Source: Patescibacteria group bacterium (GTDB lineage Bacteria; Patescibacteriota; Minisyncoccia; Phycocordibacterales; EsbW-18). From it: a DNA stretch of 64,000 nucleotides. Below the pieces are notes generated by a model. It had not been told where the DNA came from. It saw only the letters and a list, made by a program, of their open reading frames with translations, and did no database searches. Numbering within the stretch: position 1 is the stretch's first letter; every line of letters begins with the position of its first letter. The translations under genes and the position numbers were made by a program. This document shows positions 8,371 through 16,027 of this stretch, one piece after another. The DNA is taken from the NCBI GenBank assembly GCA_038064475.1, contig JBBTTA010000002.1, positions 19,195-83,194 on the forward strand, read 5' to 3'.

Positions 8371-10620
8371 ATGGTTCCCGATAAGTTTCTAAAGCCCTAC
8401 AGCCATACAGATACAGAAAAAAGAATTTATTCCGCTTGGGAAGAAAGCGGCCTTTTCAACCCTGATGTATGTGTTGAAAAAGGTGTTGCCGCCCCAGACG
8501 CTCCTTCTTTCTCTATTGTCCTTCCCCCACCAAATGTGACGGGCACACTCCACACCGGACACGCTCTCGGCACAACTATTGAAGATATTGTTGTTCGCTA
8601 CCACCGCATGAAGGGCGACAAAACACTCTGGGTCCCTGGAACTGACCACGCCGCTATCGCCACACAAAGTAAAGTTGAAAAGATGCTTGAAAAAGAAGGT
8701 GTCAAAAAACGCGACCTTGGTCGTGAGGCGTTTTTGGAACGCGTTAATCAGTTTGCACAAGAATCTCATGACACTATCGTTGGACAAATTCGTCGTATGG
8801 GATCATCAATCGATTGGTCACGCGAAGCATTCACACTCGACGAAGTGCGTACAAAAGCAGTACGTACTGCTTTTGTGCGCATGTATGAAGATGGTTTGAT
8901 TTATCGCGGTGATCGTATTGTGAACTGGGATTCAAAACTTCAAACAACAGTTTCAGATGATGAAGTTGATTGGAAAGAAGAAAAAACGCCGTTTTATTAT
9001 TTGAAGTACGGTCCGTTCACGATTGCGACAGCGCGTCCTGAAACAAAATTCGGTGACAAGTACGTTGTCATGCATCCAGACGATGCTCGATACGCGAAGT
9101 ACAAACACGGCGACACACTTGCACTTGAGTGGATTAACGGTCCGATTACAGCAACCGTTATCAAAGACTCTGTGATTGATATGGAGTTCGGCACGGGTGT
9201 CATGACGATTACACCATGGCATGACACCGTTGACTTTGATATAGCTCTACGACACAAACTTGATAAAGAACAAATCATCGACACTTTTGGCAAACTACTT
9301 CCCATCGCAGGAGATTTTGCCGGCATGCAAATTAAAAAAGCGCGTGAAGCAATTGTGGCAAAGCTTACGGAAAAAGGTCTTGTTGAAAAAATAGATGAAA
9401 ACTATATTCACCGCATCGCCATCAACTCGCGTGGTGAAGGAGCAATCGAACCACAAATTTTGCGTCAGTGGTTCATTGACGTAAACAAACCGTTCATACT
9501 CAAACACTCAAACATCCCTTCAATCAAAAGCGGAAGCGAAACAACACTGAAGTCGATTATGCGCGCAGGCGTTGAACACAAAGCAATCAACGTACTTCCC
9601 GACCGATTTGAGAAAGTCTACTACCATTGGATTGATAACCTGCGCGACTGGTGTATCAGTCGCCAAATCTGGTACGGGCACCGTATCCCTGTGTGGTACC
9701 GAAATCAGAATCAAGAATCAGGAGTCATGAATCAGGAAGAAGTCTACGTTGGTACAGAAGCTCCAGAAGGCTCCGATTGGGTGCAAGACGAAGATACGCT
9801 TGATACATGGTTCTCATCAGGTCTTTGGACATTCTCAACATTGGGCTGGCCCTACTCCGCCGAGACGGCTACGAAGGGCAAACCTGGGCCCGAAAATGAT
9901 TTTGCGAACTTCCATCCTACGAACCTTCTTGAGACTGGCTACGATATTCTTTTCTTCTGGGTTGCACGCATGATTTTGATGACAGGCTACTTGTTGGGTG
10001 AAGTCCCCTTCAACACTGTGTATCTTCACGGTTTGGTGCGTGATGAAAAAGGTCAGAAGATGTCGAAGTCCATTGGCAACAGTGTTGATCCACTTGATGT
10101 CATTGATGCGCACGGCGCGGACGCGCTTCGCATGGCGCTCGTTGTCGCTGTTGGTCCGGGTAATGACAGTAATCTCTCTGACGATAAAATTAAAGCGTAC
10201 AAAAAGTTTGCGAATAAAATCTGGAACATCACGCGTTTTGTTCTTGAAAAAACAAATGAAGTCCCTGAACGCCCATCACTCACTGATGCCGACATCACAC
10301 GCATCAATGAATTGAATGCACTTATTCAAGAGATTACAGAGGATTTGGAAAAGTATCGCCTCTACCTCGCTTCAGAAAAGTTGTATCATTATGTGTGGCA
10401 CACACTTGCCGATGTGATTATCGAAGAACGCAAAGTGATTCTTGAGGGTAGTGACGAGACGGCAAAAGTGTCTGCACAATGGACATTGCGCACAATTCTT
10501 CGCACATCACTCGCTTTGCTTCACCCATTCATGCCATTCATCACTGAGGACATTTGGTCTGATGTGAAAGGATCAGACGACCCAATGCTCATGATTATGT
10601 CGTGGCCTCGTCAGATTTAA
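8371..10620 (+). CDS. valS: Valine--tRNA ligase (compact 749-aa form)
   Basis: HIGH-region PPPNVTGTLHTGHALG. KMSKS motif present. The ValS-type editing/anticodon regions run throughout. Confidence 0.85.
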   Translation: MVPDKFLKPYSHTDTEKRIYSAWEESGLFNPDVCVEKGVAAPDAPSFSIVLPPPNVTGTLHTGHALGTTIEDIVVRYHRMKGDKTLWVPGTDHAAIATQSKVEKMLEKEGVKKRDLGREAFLERVNQFAQESHDTIVGQIRRMGSSIDWSREAFTLDEVRTKAVRTAFVRMYEDGLIYRGDRIVNWDSKLQTTVSDDEVDWKEEKTPFYYLKYGPFTIATARPETKFGDKYVVMHPDDARYAKYKHGDTLALEWINGPITATVIKDSVIDMEFGTGVMTITPWHDTVDFDIALRHKLDKEQIIDTFGKLLPIAGDFAGMQIKKAREAIVAKLTEKGLVEKIDENYIHRIAINSRGEGAIEPQILRQWFIDVNKPFILKHSNIPSIKSGSETTLKSIMRAGVEHKAINVLPDRFEKVYYHWIDNLRDWCISRQIWYGHRIPVWYRNQNQESGVMNQEEVYVGTEAPEGSDWVQDEDTLDTWFSSGLWTFSTLGWPYSAETATKGKPGPENDFANFHPTNLLETGYDILFFWVARMILMTGYLLGEVPFNTVYLHGLVRDEKGQKMSKSIGNSVDPLDVIDAHGADALRMALVVAVGPGNDSNLSDDKIKAYKKFANKIWNITRFVLEKTNEVPERPSLTDADITRINELNALIQEITEDLEKYRLYLASEKLYHYVWHTLADVIIEERKVILEGSDETAKVSAQWTLRTILRTSLALLHPFMPFITEDIWSDVKGSDDPMLMIMSWPRQI

Positions 10621-10623
10621 TCT

Positions 10624-11316
10624 ATGTCATCATTCCCCACAATTCTTATAGCGTTCGTTGGAGGATTTCTCCCCGCGCTCTTTTGGTTGTGGTTTTGGCT
10701 TCGTGAAGACAACAAACATCCTGAACCTAAACGACTTATTGCATTGTCGTTTTTCTTTGGTGTGCTTGCCGTGCCACTCGCTATTCCTTTTGAGAAAATG
10801 GTGGACGCATTTACGGTTGCTCCAATGTTAGTGCTCATCGGCTGGGCATTTGTTGAAGAAGTACTCAAATATATTGCGGCATGGGCGGGTGGTATGCACA
10901 CACAGGCGGAAAATGAACCAATTGATGCGATGGTCTATCTCGTCACTGCCGCAATTGGTTTTGCCGCCGCAGAAAACGCCATCTTTCTTATTCAACCTCT
11001 GGCACAGGGAGATACCTTCACCACTCTGGTGACAGGAAATGTACGCTTTATTGGCACCACACTCCTGCATGTGCTCTCATCCGCAACGATTGGTGCATCT
11101 GTCGCCTTTTCATTCTATAAACGAAAGCGAGTTCGAATCGAACATTTGCTTATTGGACTTGTGCTCGCAACAGCATTGCACACTCTCTTTAATTTTTTTA
11201 TAATTAACTCAGGTCAGCATTGGATGTTTACGATCTTCGCTGTGCTGTGGTTTGCTATTGTTATCCTCTTGCTCATATTTGAACGCGTTAAAAGAATTAC
11301 CCGCGCGAAACGTTAA
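10624..11316 (+). CDS. prsW: PrsW-family intramembrane metalloprotease
   Basis: Multi-TM protein. VEEVLKY, AAAENAIF and HVLSS correspond to the conserved PrsW EExxK/FxxxE/H motifs. Confidence 0.7.
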   Translation: MSSFPTILIAFVGGFLPALFWLWFWLREDNKHPEPKRLIALSFFFGVLAVPLAIPFEKMVDAFTVAPMLVLIGWAFVEEVLKYIAAWAGGMHTQAENEPIDAMVYLVTAAIGFAAAENAIFLIQPLAQGDTFTTLVTGNVRFIGTTLLHVLSSATIGASVAFSFYKRKRVRIEHLLIGLVLATALHTLFNFFIINSGQHWMFTIFAVLWFAIVILLLIFERVKRITRAKR

Positions 11317-11328
11317 TTACACTTCCCT

Positions 11329-11793
11329 ATGCGAAAACAATCTTTCTTCCAGAGACTCACGGGCGCCATCAACACCGATGACGAATACATGTTTGAAGAC
11401 GATGTGCAAACGTCACGTCGTGGACAAAGCCATGTGACTCAGCTTGCTGAAGAGAAAGAACTCGATGCAGAACTTGCAATCGATATGATTCAAACGCCAA
11501 GCGAAGTGATTATTCGAACAATGGTCGCAGGAGTAAATCCTGAAGAGCTAGAAGTTTCGATCAGCCAAGAGATGGTAGTGCTCAAAGGATCACGCCGTCA
11601 GGTGTACGAGACGGAAGAAAAAGATTTCTTCCATAAAGAATTGTACTGGGGGTCATTCTCACGCACGATTCTCCTCCCTGTTGAAGTGCGCTCGGAAGAA
11701 GCAATTGCAGAATTGAAACACGGATTGCTGACAATTCGTTTACCAAAGATTGATAAGCAGAGACAGACGCGACTTCGCATCAAAACAATATAA
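11329..11793 (+). CDS. Hsp20/alpha-crystallin family small heat-shock protein
   Basis: Alpha-crystallin-domain pattern: DMIQTPSEVIIRTMVAGVNPEELEVSI ... ELYWGSFSRTILLPVEVRSEEAIAELKHGLLTIRLPK. Confidence 0.85.
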   Translation: MRKQSFFQRLTGAINTDDEYMFEDDVQTSRRGQSHVTQLAEEKELDAELAIDMIQTPSEVIIRTMVAGVNPEELEVSISQEMVVLKGSRRQVYETEEKDFFHKELYWGSFSRTILLPVEVRSEEAIAELKHGLLTIRLPKIDKQRQTRLRIKTI

Positions 11794-11799
11794 GAAAAT

Positions 11800-11840
11800 A
11801 CGCCCTCGTCTGCCGTAGGCAGATGAGGGCGTTTTCGTTT
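11800..11840. terminator. Bidirectional intrinsic terminator ACGCCCTCGTCTGCC-gtag-GGCAGATGAGGGCGT + TTTTCGTTT
   Basis: 15-bp stem with one G-U. T-tracts on both strands. Between convergent hsp20 (+) and the 11844 gene (-). Confidence 0.6.
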
Positions 11841-11843
11841 GTC

Positions 11844-12107
11844 CTAGTAGATCTCACGTTTCGGGTTTATGATCAACCCCCAGTCATTCAGGATGTGAAT
11901 ACCAAACGGAAAATCTCCTCCGTGCCTTCCGAGCTCGCGGGGCCGCACCCTCGACAGAAACTCCCTTCGAGCCTCTGCCGCATCTCCAACCGTTTCGAAA
12001 TCACACCTCACGGGATCAGGAAACGGAAGGTATTGTCCTTCCATGGGGTCCCAAAGACGCAGGGTAACCATCCCCTCGGGTGCAATGGCACTCATTGGAT
12101 TGATCAT
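11844..12107 (-). CDS. Hypothetical protein (87 aa), GC-rich, second gene of a 2-gene cassette
   Basis: Its start overlaps the upstream gene's stop (ATGA). No family recognised. Confidence 0.45.
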   Translation of the reverse strand: MINPMSAIAPEGMVTLRLWDPMEGQYLPFPDPVRCDFETVGDAAEARREFLSRVRPRELGRHGGDFPFGIHILNDWGLIINPKREIY

Positions 12108-12376
12108 CGTTTCCTATCTCCTTGTGACGGTGAAGGATTTTGCGTATGGATAAGTTTCTGGGTTGTGTCATCCCAAAATACTTCTTCAGCAACATGTCCT
12201 TCTTCGTCGAGAAGGTATCCTTTGAGGTTATGATTATGCTCGACTCGTGCGCGAGCAAAAACTGAAGCAATTACCCAATGGAAAGCTCCCCGTGAACCTG
12301 GAGTTATCCAATCTTTCTTTTTATCTTTGAAAAGAACCTTGAATCTCCCCTGAAGAGGTCCGTATTCCGTGGGCAT
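12104..12376 (-). CDS. Hypothetical protein (90 aa), GC-rich, first gene of a 2-gene cassette next to tRNA-Phe
   Basis: The ORF-track 149-aa version is an artefact: its N-terminal 59 aa are a translation of the tRNA-Phe gene. The real start is MPTEYGPL at 12376, preceded by RBS AAAGGGGA. Confidence 0.5.
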   Translation of the reverse strand: MPTEYGPLQGRFKVLFKDKKKDWITPGSRGAFHWVIASVFARARVEHNHNLKGYLLDEEGHVAEEVFWDDTTQKLIHTQNPSPSQGDRKR

Positions 12377-12407
12377 AGAATCCCCTTTTGTTGAGTTTTC
12401 TGTCGTG

Positions 12408-12436
12408 ACTTTACGCCCAATCTCTAAGAGTGTCAA
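12408..12436 (-). promoter_or_regulatory. Sigma70-like promoter TTGACA-N17-TAAAGT for the 2-gene cassette
   Basis: Hexamers read on the minus strand between the tRNA-Phe 3' end and the cassette RBS. Confidence 0.45.
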
Positions 12437-12465
12437 TCCACGTATTAAACGTGTAAGTAACGATG

Positions 12466-12538
12466 TGCTCAGGACCAGGTTCGAACTGGTGACCCCCGCC
12501 TCTTCAGGGCGATGCTCTACCAACTGAGCTACCTGAGC
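12466..12538 (-). tRNA. tRNA-Phe (GAA)
   Basis: Reverse complement folds as a cloverleaf: acceptor GCTCAGG/CCTGAGC, D-arm GCTC-AGTTGGTA-GAGC, anticodon loop CTGAAGA, T-arm CACCAGTTCGAACCTGGT. Confidence 0.9.
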
Positions 12539-12540
12539 AA

Positions 12541-12660
12541 ATGAGGATGGCACGCAGCATTAGGGCGTAGTCATCGAGAGAAGAGAAAAAGGAAGCTCGC
12601 TTACTTTTTCTCGCCTCCGAGATGATGGGAGCCCGTTATGCTATGTGATCCGAACGCCGC
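12541..12660 (-). repeat. ~110-nt tRNA-operon leader repeat, copy A (immediately 5' of tRNA-Phe)
   Basis: About 85% identical to 13341-13460, sharing CGTAGTCATCGAGAGAAGAGAAAAAGGAAGCTCG..TTACTTTTTCT. It contains a CGAG..CTCG hairpin, and a CUCG/CGAG hairpin (A) that in copy B is CUUG/CGAG with a G-U. Confidence 0.4.
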
Positions 12661-12726
12661 TCCGGCAAGAGGCCCGTAAGGGCAGATTACCTGAGCGTAA
12701 AAATAAAGTAGCACAAAAGGACATTG

Positions 12727-13047
12727 TTAGCCACCAAAAAGATCCTTGAATTGGTTCTGTGTATCTTCAAAGTCCCCATATACCCCTTGAAGTGTGTTGA
12801 CGTAGGGCTGAAGAAAGTAAAATGTTCCAACCGTGATACCAATGATCAAAATCCAATAAAGCGCACGGAGAGCATGCCCCCACATTGTCGAGCGATACAG
12901 TTTCTTTAAAATTTCATTATTTTCTCTTGAGAGTGCCAGCGCTTCTTGAAGCATTTTCTGTTCTTCGGGATTCATAGATATATCGTACCACAGTGCTCCC
13001 CACCAAGACGCTTCGCTATCGAACTTTCTGGAAACCCCCTCGGGCAT
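12727..13047 (-). CDS. Hypothetical small membrane protein (106 aa)
   Basis: Complete ORF with one clear TM helix (ILIIGITVGTFYFL). Confidence 0.45.
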   Translation of the reverse strand: MPEGVSRKFDSEASWWGALWYDISMNPEEQKMLQEALALSRENNEILKKLYRSTMWGHALRALYWILIIGITVGTFYFLQPYVNTLQGVYGDFEDTQNQFKDLFGG

Positions 13048-13080
13048 AGCCCTACGGGCGAGCCACGGTTTTTGTATTAA

Positions 13081-13195
13081 ACGGTAGAGTGAGCTTGTCC
13101 TGTTGAAACGACTTGCGAGCGCGACGGCGCGAGTACGAGGAAAAATGAAGCTTCATTTTATCCGTACGTTTCGACAGGACCATGCGAATGTCTTG
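13081..13195 (-). ncRNA. Unclassified structured element, copy 1 (abuts the tRNA-Arg 3' end)
   Basis: Outer stem GTCCTGTTGAAACG/CGTTTCGACAGGAC. Conserved core ACTTGCGAGCGCGACGGCGCGAGTACGAGGAAAAAT. Inner palindrome AAAATGAAGCTTCATTTT. Conserved ATTTTATCCGTAC. Its homologues at 18302-18391 and 62166-62296 have different but still base-paired stems. Confidence 0.4.
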
Positions 13196-13267
13196 TGCCC
13201 CCACTAGGAATCGAACCTAGATCTTTCCCTTAGGACGGGATTGCTCTATCCATTGAGCTACAGGGGC
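13196..13267 (-). tRNA. tRNA-Arg (CCT)
   Basis: Reverse complement: GCCCCTG-TA-GCTC-AATGGATA-GAGC..., anticodon loop GTCCTAA, T-arm CTAGGTTCGATTCCTAG, acceptor 3' strand CAGGGGC. One A-A mismatch at the base of the anticodon stem. Confidence 0.75.
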
Positions 13268-13269
13268 GG

Positions 13270-13340
13270 TGCGAGCGATGGGAATCGGACCCATGCCTGA
13301 TGCTTGGGAAGCACCGGTTCTACCACTAAACTACGCTCGC
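13270..13340 (-). tRNA. tRNA-Gly (CCC)
   Basis: Reverse complement: GCGAGCG-TA-GTTT-AGTGGTA-GAAC-C-GGTGC-TTCCCAA-GCATC-AGGC-ATGGG-TTCGATT-CCCAT-CGCTCGC-A. Separated from tRNA-Arg by 2 nt. Confidence 0.85.
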
Positions 13341-13460
13341 AAATAAGGATGCCACGCACGATTGGAGGACGTAGTCATCGAGAGAAGAGAAAAAGGAAGC
13401 TCGTTTACTTTTTCTTGCGCTCGAGGTGATGGGAGTCCGAACTCGTATGTGGTCCGCGTG
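13341..13460 (-). repeat. ~110-nt tRNA-operon leader repeat, copy B (immediately 5' of tRNA-Gly/Arg)
   Basis: Homologous to 12541-12660. Followed at ~13470-13495 by the palindrome GTATAG-tact-CTATAC. Confidence 0.4.
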
Positions 13461-13496
13461 CCGCGAACGTATAGTACTCTATACCGCTTGCGCACA

Positions 13497-13874
13497 CTAC
13501 TCTGTAAAAAACGCCTTCAGTTTTGCCCAGAAACCTACTTCATCATCTTCAGATTCTTTCTGTGCCGAGACATCGTTAATAAGTATGATGACTTCTTCAC
13601 CAGGCTTCGCGACACCATATCTGTCACGAACCACCTCTTCAACCCCTGCAGGAGTATTTAATGTATCAAGATCTTCTGAGAGAACCTGCGCACGTTCCGC
13701 AAGTTCTTCATATTCAACGCGTGATTCTTCGAGCGCCTGTGCAGCGAGCCGTTGTTTTTGGTAGATATCCCACGTTTTCCAAATAACAAGGAGTAGAAGT
13801 GCGGCAAGAACACCAAAGAGCGTTTTTGAATACATGATGCGGCGCATCTTTTGTTTGTGCCGAAAATCTTCCAT
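13497..13874 (-). CDS. FtsB/DivIC-like septum-formation initiator
   Basis: Single N-terminal TM followed by a coiled coil (QKQRLAAQALEESRVEYEELAERAQVL). Size and architecture are typical. The true start may be MRRIMYSK. Confidence 0.55.
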   Translation of the reverse strand: MEDFRHKQKMRRIMYSKTLFGVLAALLLLVIWKTWDIYQKQRLAAQALEESRVEYEELAERAQVLSEDLDTLNTPAGVEEVVRDRYGVAKPGEEVIILINDVSAQKESEDDEVGFWAKLKAFFTE

Positions 13875-14035
13875 GCACTAGTATAACCCACCCAAAAAAC
13901 GTGGTATACTGACATCCTAAAACGATATGTTGTTCAACAAGAAGACAAAAAACGCCGTAAAAAGCATCTGGATTGTGCTTTGTTTCCTCGTGATCATCAG
14001 CATGATCCTCCTCTATACCCCTTTCTTCCGCTAGA

Positions 14036-15823
14036 CTAGCGCTGGACCATTTTCAGGAAGACTTCGTGTGGAATATTCACCTTTCCACGCTCAAGCATTT
14101 TCTTCTTACCTTTCTTTTGCTTTTCAAGGAGTTTCATTTTTCGTGTTACGTCACCACCGTAGAGGTATCCAGTCACATCTTTTCGCATCGCCTTCACACT
14201 TTCTGATGCAACAATGCGTCCTTGTGATTTTGCCTGAATCTTCATAACGAAAAGTTGCCGTGGCAAAATGCCCTGCAATTTTTCAACAGCCTTCTTCCCT
14301 TCTTCTTCAACAACGCGTGTTGAAACCACACGAGAAAATGCTGGAACAATTTCTTCAGCAACTAAAATATCAAGACGCACGACATCCGCATCGCGGAGAT
14401 CCATCAATTCATATGACATTGAGGCATACCCCGCAGAAACACTTTTGACATCATCAAAAAATCCACGCATGAGTTCACGTAGAGGCATCAACAGTGTCAA
14501 AGAGACTCGGCCATCACGATATGTTTTTGAATCCTCGACATTTGCTTCGTGATCGTAGAGCAATTGCATCAACGGTCCAACGTAGTCTGTTGGTGTAATG
14601 AGGTGCACGTTCGCCCATGGCTCGCGCACACGAGTCACAAGTCCGTTATCAGGAAAAAGTGATGGCGAATAAATCATTTCTGTCTTTCCATTCTTATATG
14701 TCACTTCATATGTAATCGACGGTGTTGTCACGATAAGTGCAAGTCCTGATTCACGCCTCAAACGCTCCGTCACAATTTCAAGGTGAAGCATTCCCAAAAA
14801 CCCGCAACGAAATCCACGGCCCAATGTTCCTGATGATTCTTCTTCGTATGAAAGTGATGAGTCAGAGAGACGCAATCGTTCAAGTGCAAGACGCAAAAAA
14901 TTGAAGTCATCTTGTCCTTCAGGAAACACGGACGCCCACACCACAGGTTGTGGTTGCAAGTAGCCACCAAATTGTTCTGCTTTATCACGAGCAATCGTTA
15001 CCGTATCACCTACTGATGCAATACCGGGTTTTTTAATTCCCGTCACGATGTAGCCAATTTCTCCCGCGCTCAATGCTTCAACAGGTTTTTCTGTTGGACT
15101 AAAGATTCCCACTTCATTACAAATAAACTCTTCCTCTGCCGCAATAAATGCGAGGCGTTCTTTTCCCGTTGCGCGACCATTCATGATACGAGCGTGAATG
15201 ACGATGCCGCGGTGGTTTGAGTATGTAAAATCGAACACCAATGCTTGGAGTTTGTTGCTCGTTGACTCCTGTGGAGGCGGAATACGCTTCACAATGGCGT
15301 CTAGAAGCGCTGGAACGCCCTCTCCTGTGCGTCCTGACACCCGAAGCACCTCACTCGGGTCACAACCAATAATCTCAACAATTTCGTCAACAATGTCGTC
15401 GGGCCGTGCAAGAGGTGAATCAATTTTTGAAAGGACAGGAATGATGGTAAGGCCTGCTTCGCGCGCCATTCCTAGCGTTGTCAGTGTTTGTGCCTGCACA
15501 CCTTGTGTTGCATCAACGAGAAGCACGGCCCCTTCAACCGCTTTGAGCGCGCGTGATACTTCGTATGAGAAGTCGATGTGCCCTGGGGTGTCGATAAGGT
15601 TCAGTGTGTTTGTCTCCCCTAGAGTGTCCCATTGCATCGTCACCGGCGCCATTTTGATTGTGATGCCACGCTCTCGTTCAAGGTCCATAGAATCCAAAAT
15701 CTGATCACGCATGTTGCGCATTTCAATCGTTTTGGTTATTTCAAGCATGCGATCAGCCAATGTCGACTTTCCGTGGTCGATATGCGCAATAATGCTGAAA
15801 TTTCTAATGTTCTTGGCCTGCAT
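14036..15823 (-). CDS. lepA: Elongation factor 4 (LepA)
   Basis: N-terminus RNFSIIAHIDHGKSTLADRML. GTPase G-motifs and the LepA C-terminal domain are present. Confidence 0.9.
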   Translation of the reverse strand: MQAKNIRNFSIIAHIDHGKSTLADRMLEITKTIEMRNMRDQILDSMDLERERGITIKMAPVTMQWDTLGETNTLNLIDTPGHIDFSYEVSRALKAVEGAVLLVDATQGVQAQTLTTLGMAREAGLTIIPVLSKIDSPLARPDDIVDEIVEIIGCDPSEVLRVSGRTGEGVPALLDAIVKRIPPPQESTSNKLQALVFDFTYSNHRGIVIHARIMNGRATGKERLAFIAAEEEFICNEVGIFSPTEKPVEALSAGEIGYIVTGIKKPGIASVGDTVTIARDKAEQFGGYLQPQPVVWASVFPEGQDDFNFLRLALERLRLSDSSLSYEEESSGTLGRGFRCGFLGMLHLEIVTERLRRESGLALIVTTPSITYEVTYKNGKTEMIYSPSLFPDNGLVTRVREPWANVHLITPTDYVGPLMQLLYDHEANVEDSKTYRDGRVSLTLLMPLRELMRGFFDDVKSVSAGYASMSYELMDLRDADVVRLDILVAEEIVPAFSRVVSTRVVEEEGKKAVEKLQGILPRQLFVMKIQAKSQGRIVASESVKAMRKDVTGYLYGGDVTRKMKLLEKQKKGKKKMLERGKVNIPHEVFLKMVQR

Positions 15824-16027
15824 AGTATGAACATCCTATCAGACGAACGCCTCTTAAGCACGATATTTTTCTTTTCTTTCTTATGACCTATGTCCTCTTT
15901 TCCGTTCTCTGTTCTTTGTTATCTGTTCATCTTCTTGCAAATCATGATTCCTAATTCTTAATTCCTGATTCTTGATTCCTGATTCTTGATTCTGTTGTCT
16001 GTTCTCTTATGACTCATGACTGCTCTT

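Noticed and set aside
12104-12553. ORF-track 149-aa minus-strand ORF starting MPSSFAQVAQLVEHRPEEAG
   Set aside because: Its N-terminal 59 aa are a translation of the tRNA-Phe gene (12466-12538). The real CDS starts at MPTEYGPL (12376), with RBS and promoter downstream of the tRNA.
13362-13764. Plus-strand ORFs 13362..13661 and 13426..13764
   Set aside because: They run through the tRNA-leader repeat B and antisense to the FtsB-like gene. No expression signals.
15860-16020. CRISPR-like or minisatellite repeats (ttcctgattcttgattcctgattcttgattctg)
   Set aside because: They are short degenerate pyrimidine-rich hexamer repeats in a promoter/leader, not regular repeat-spacer units.
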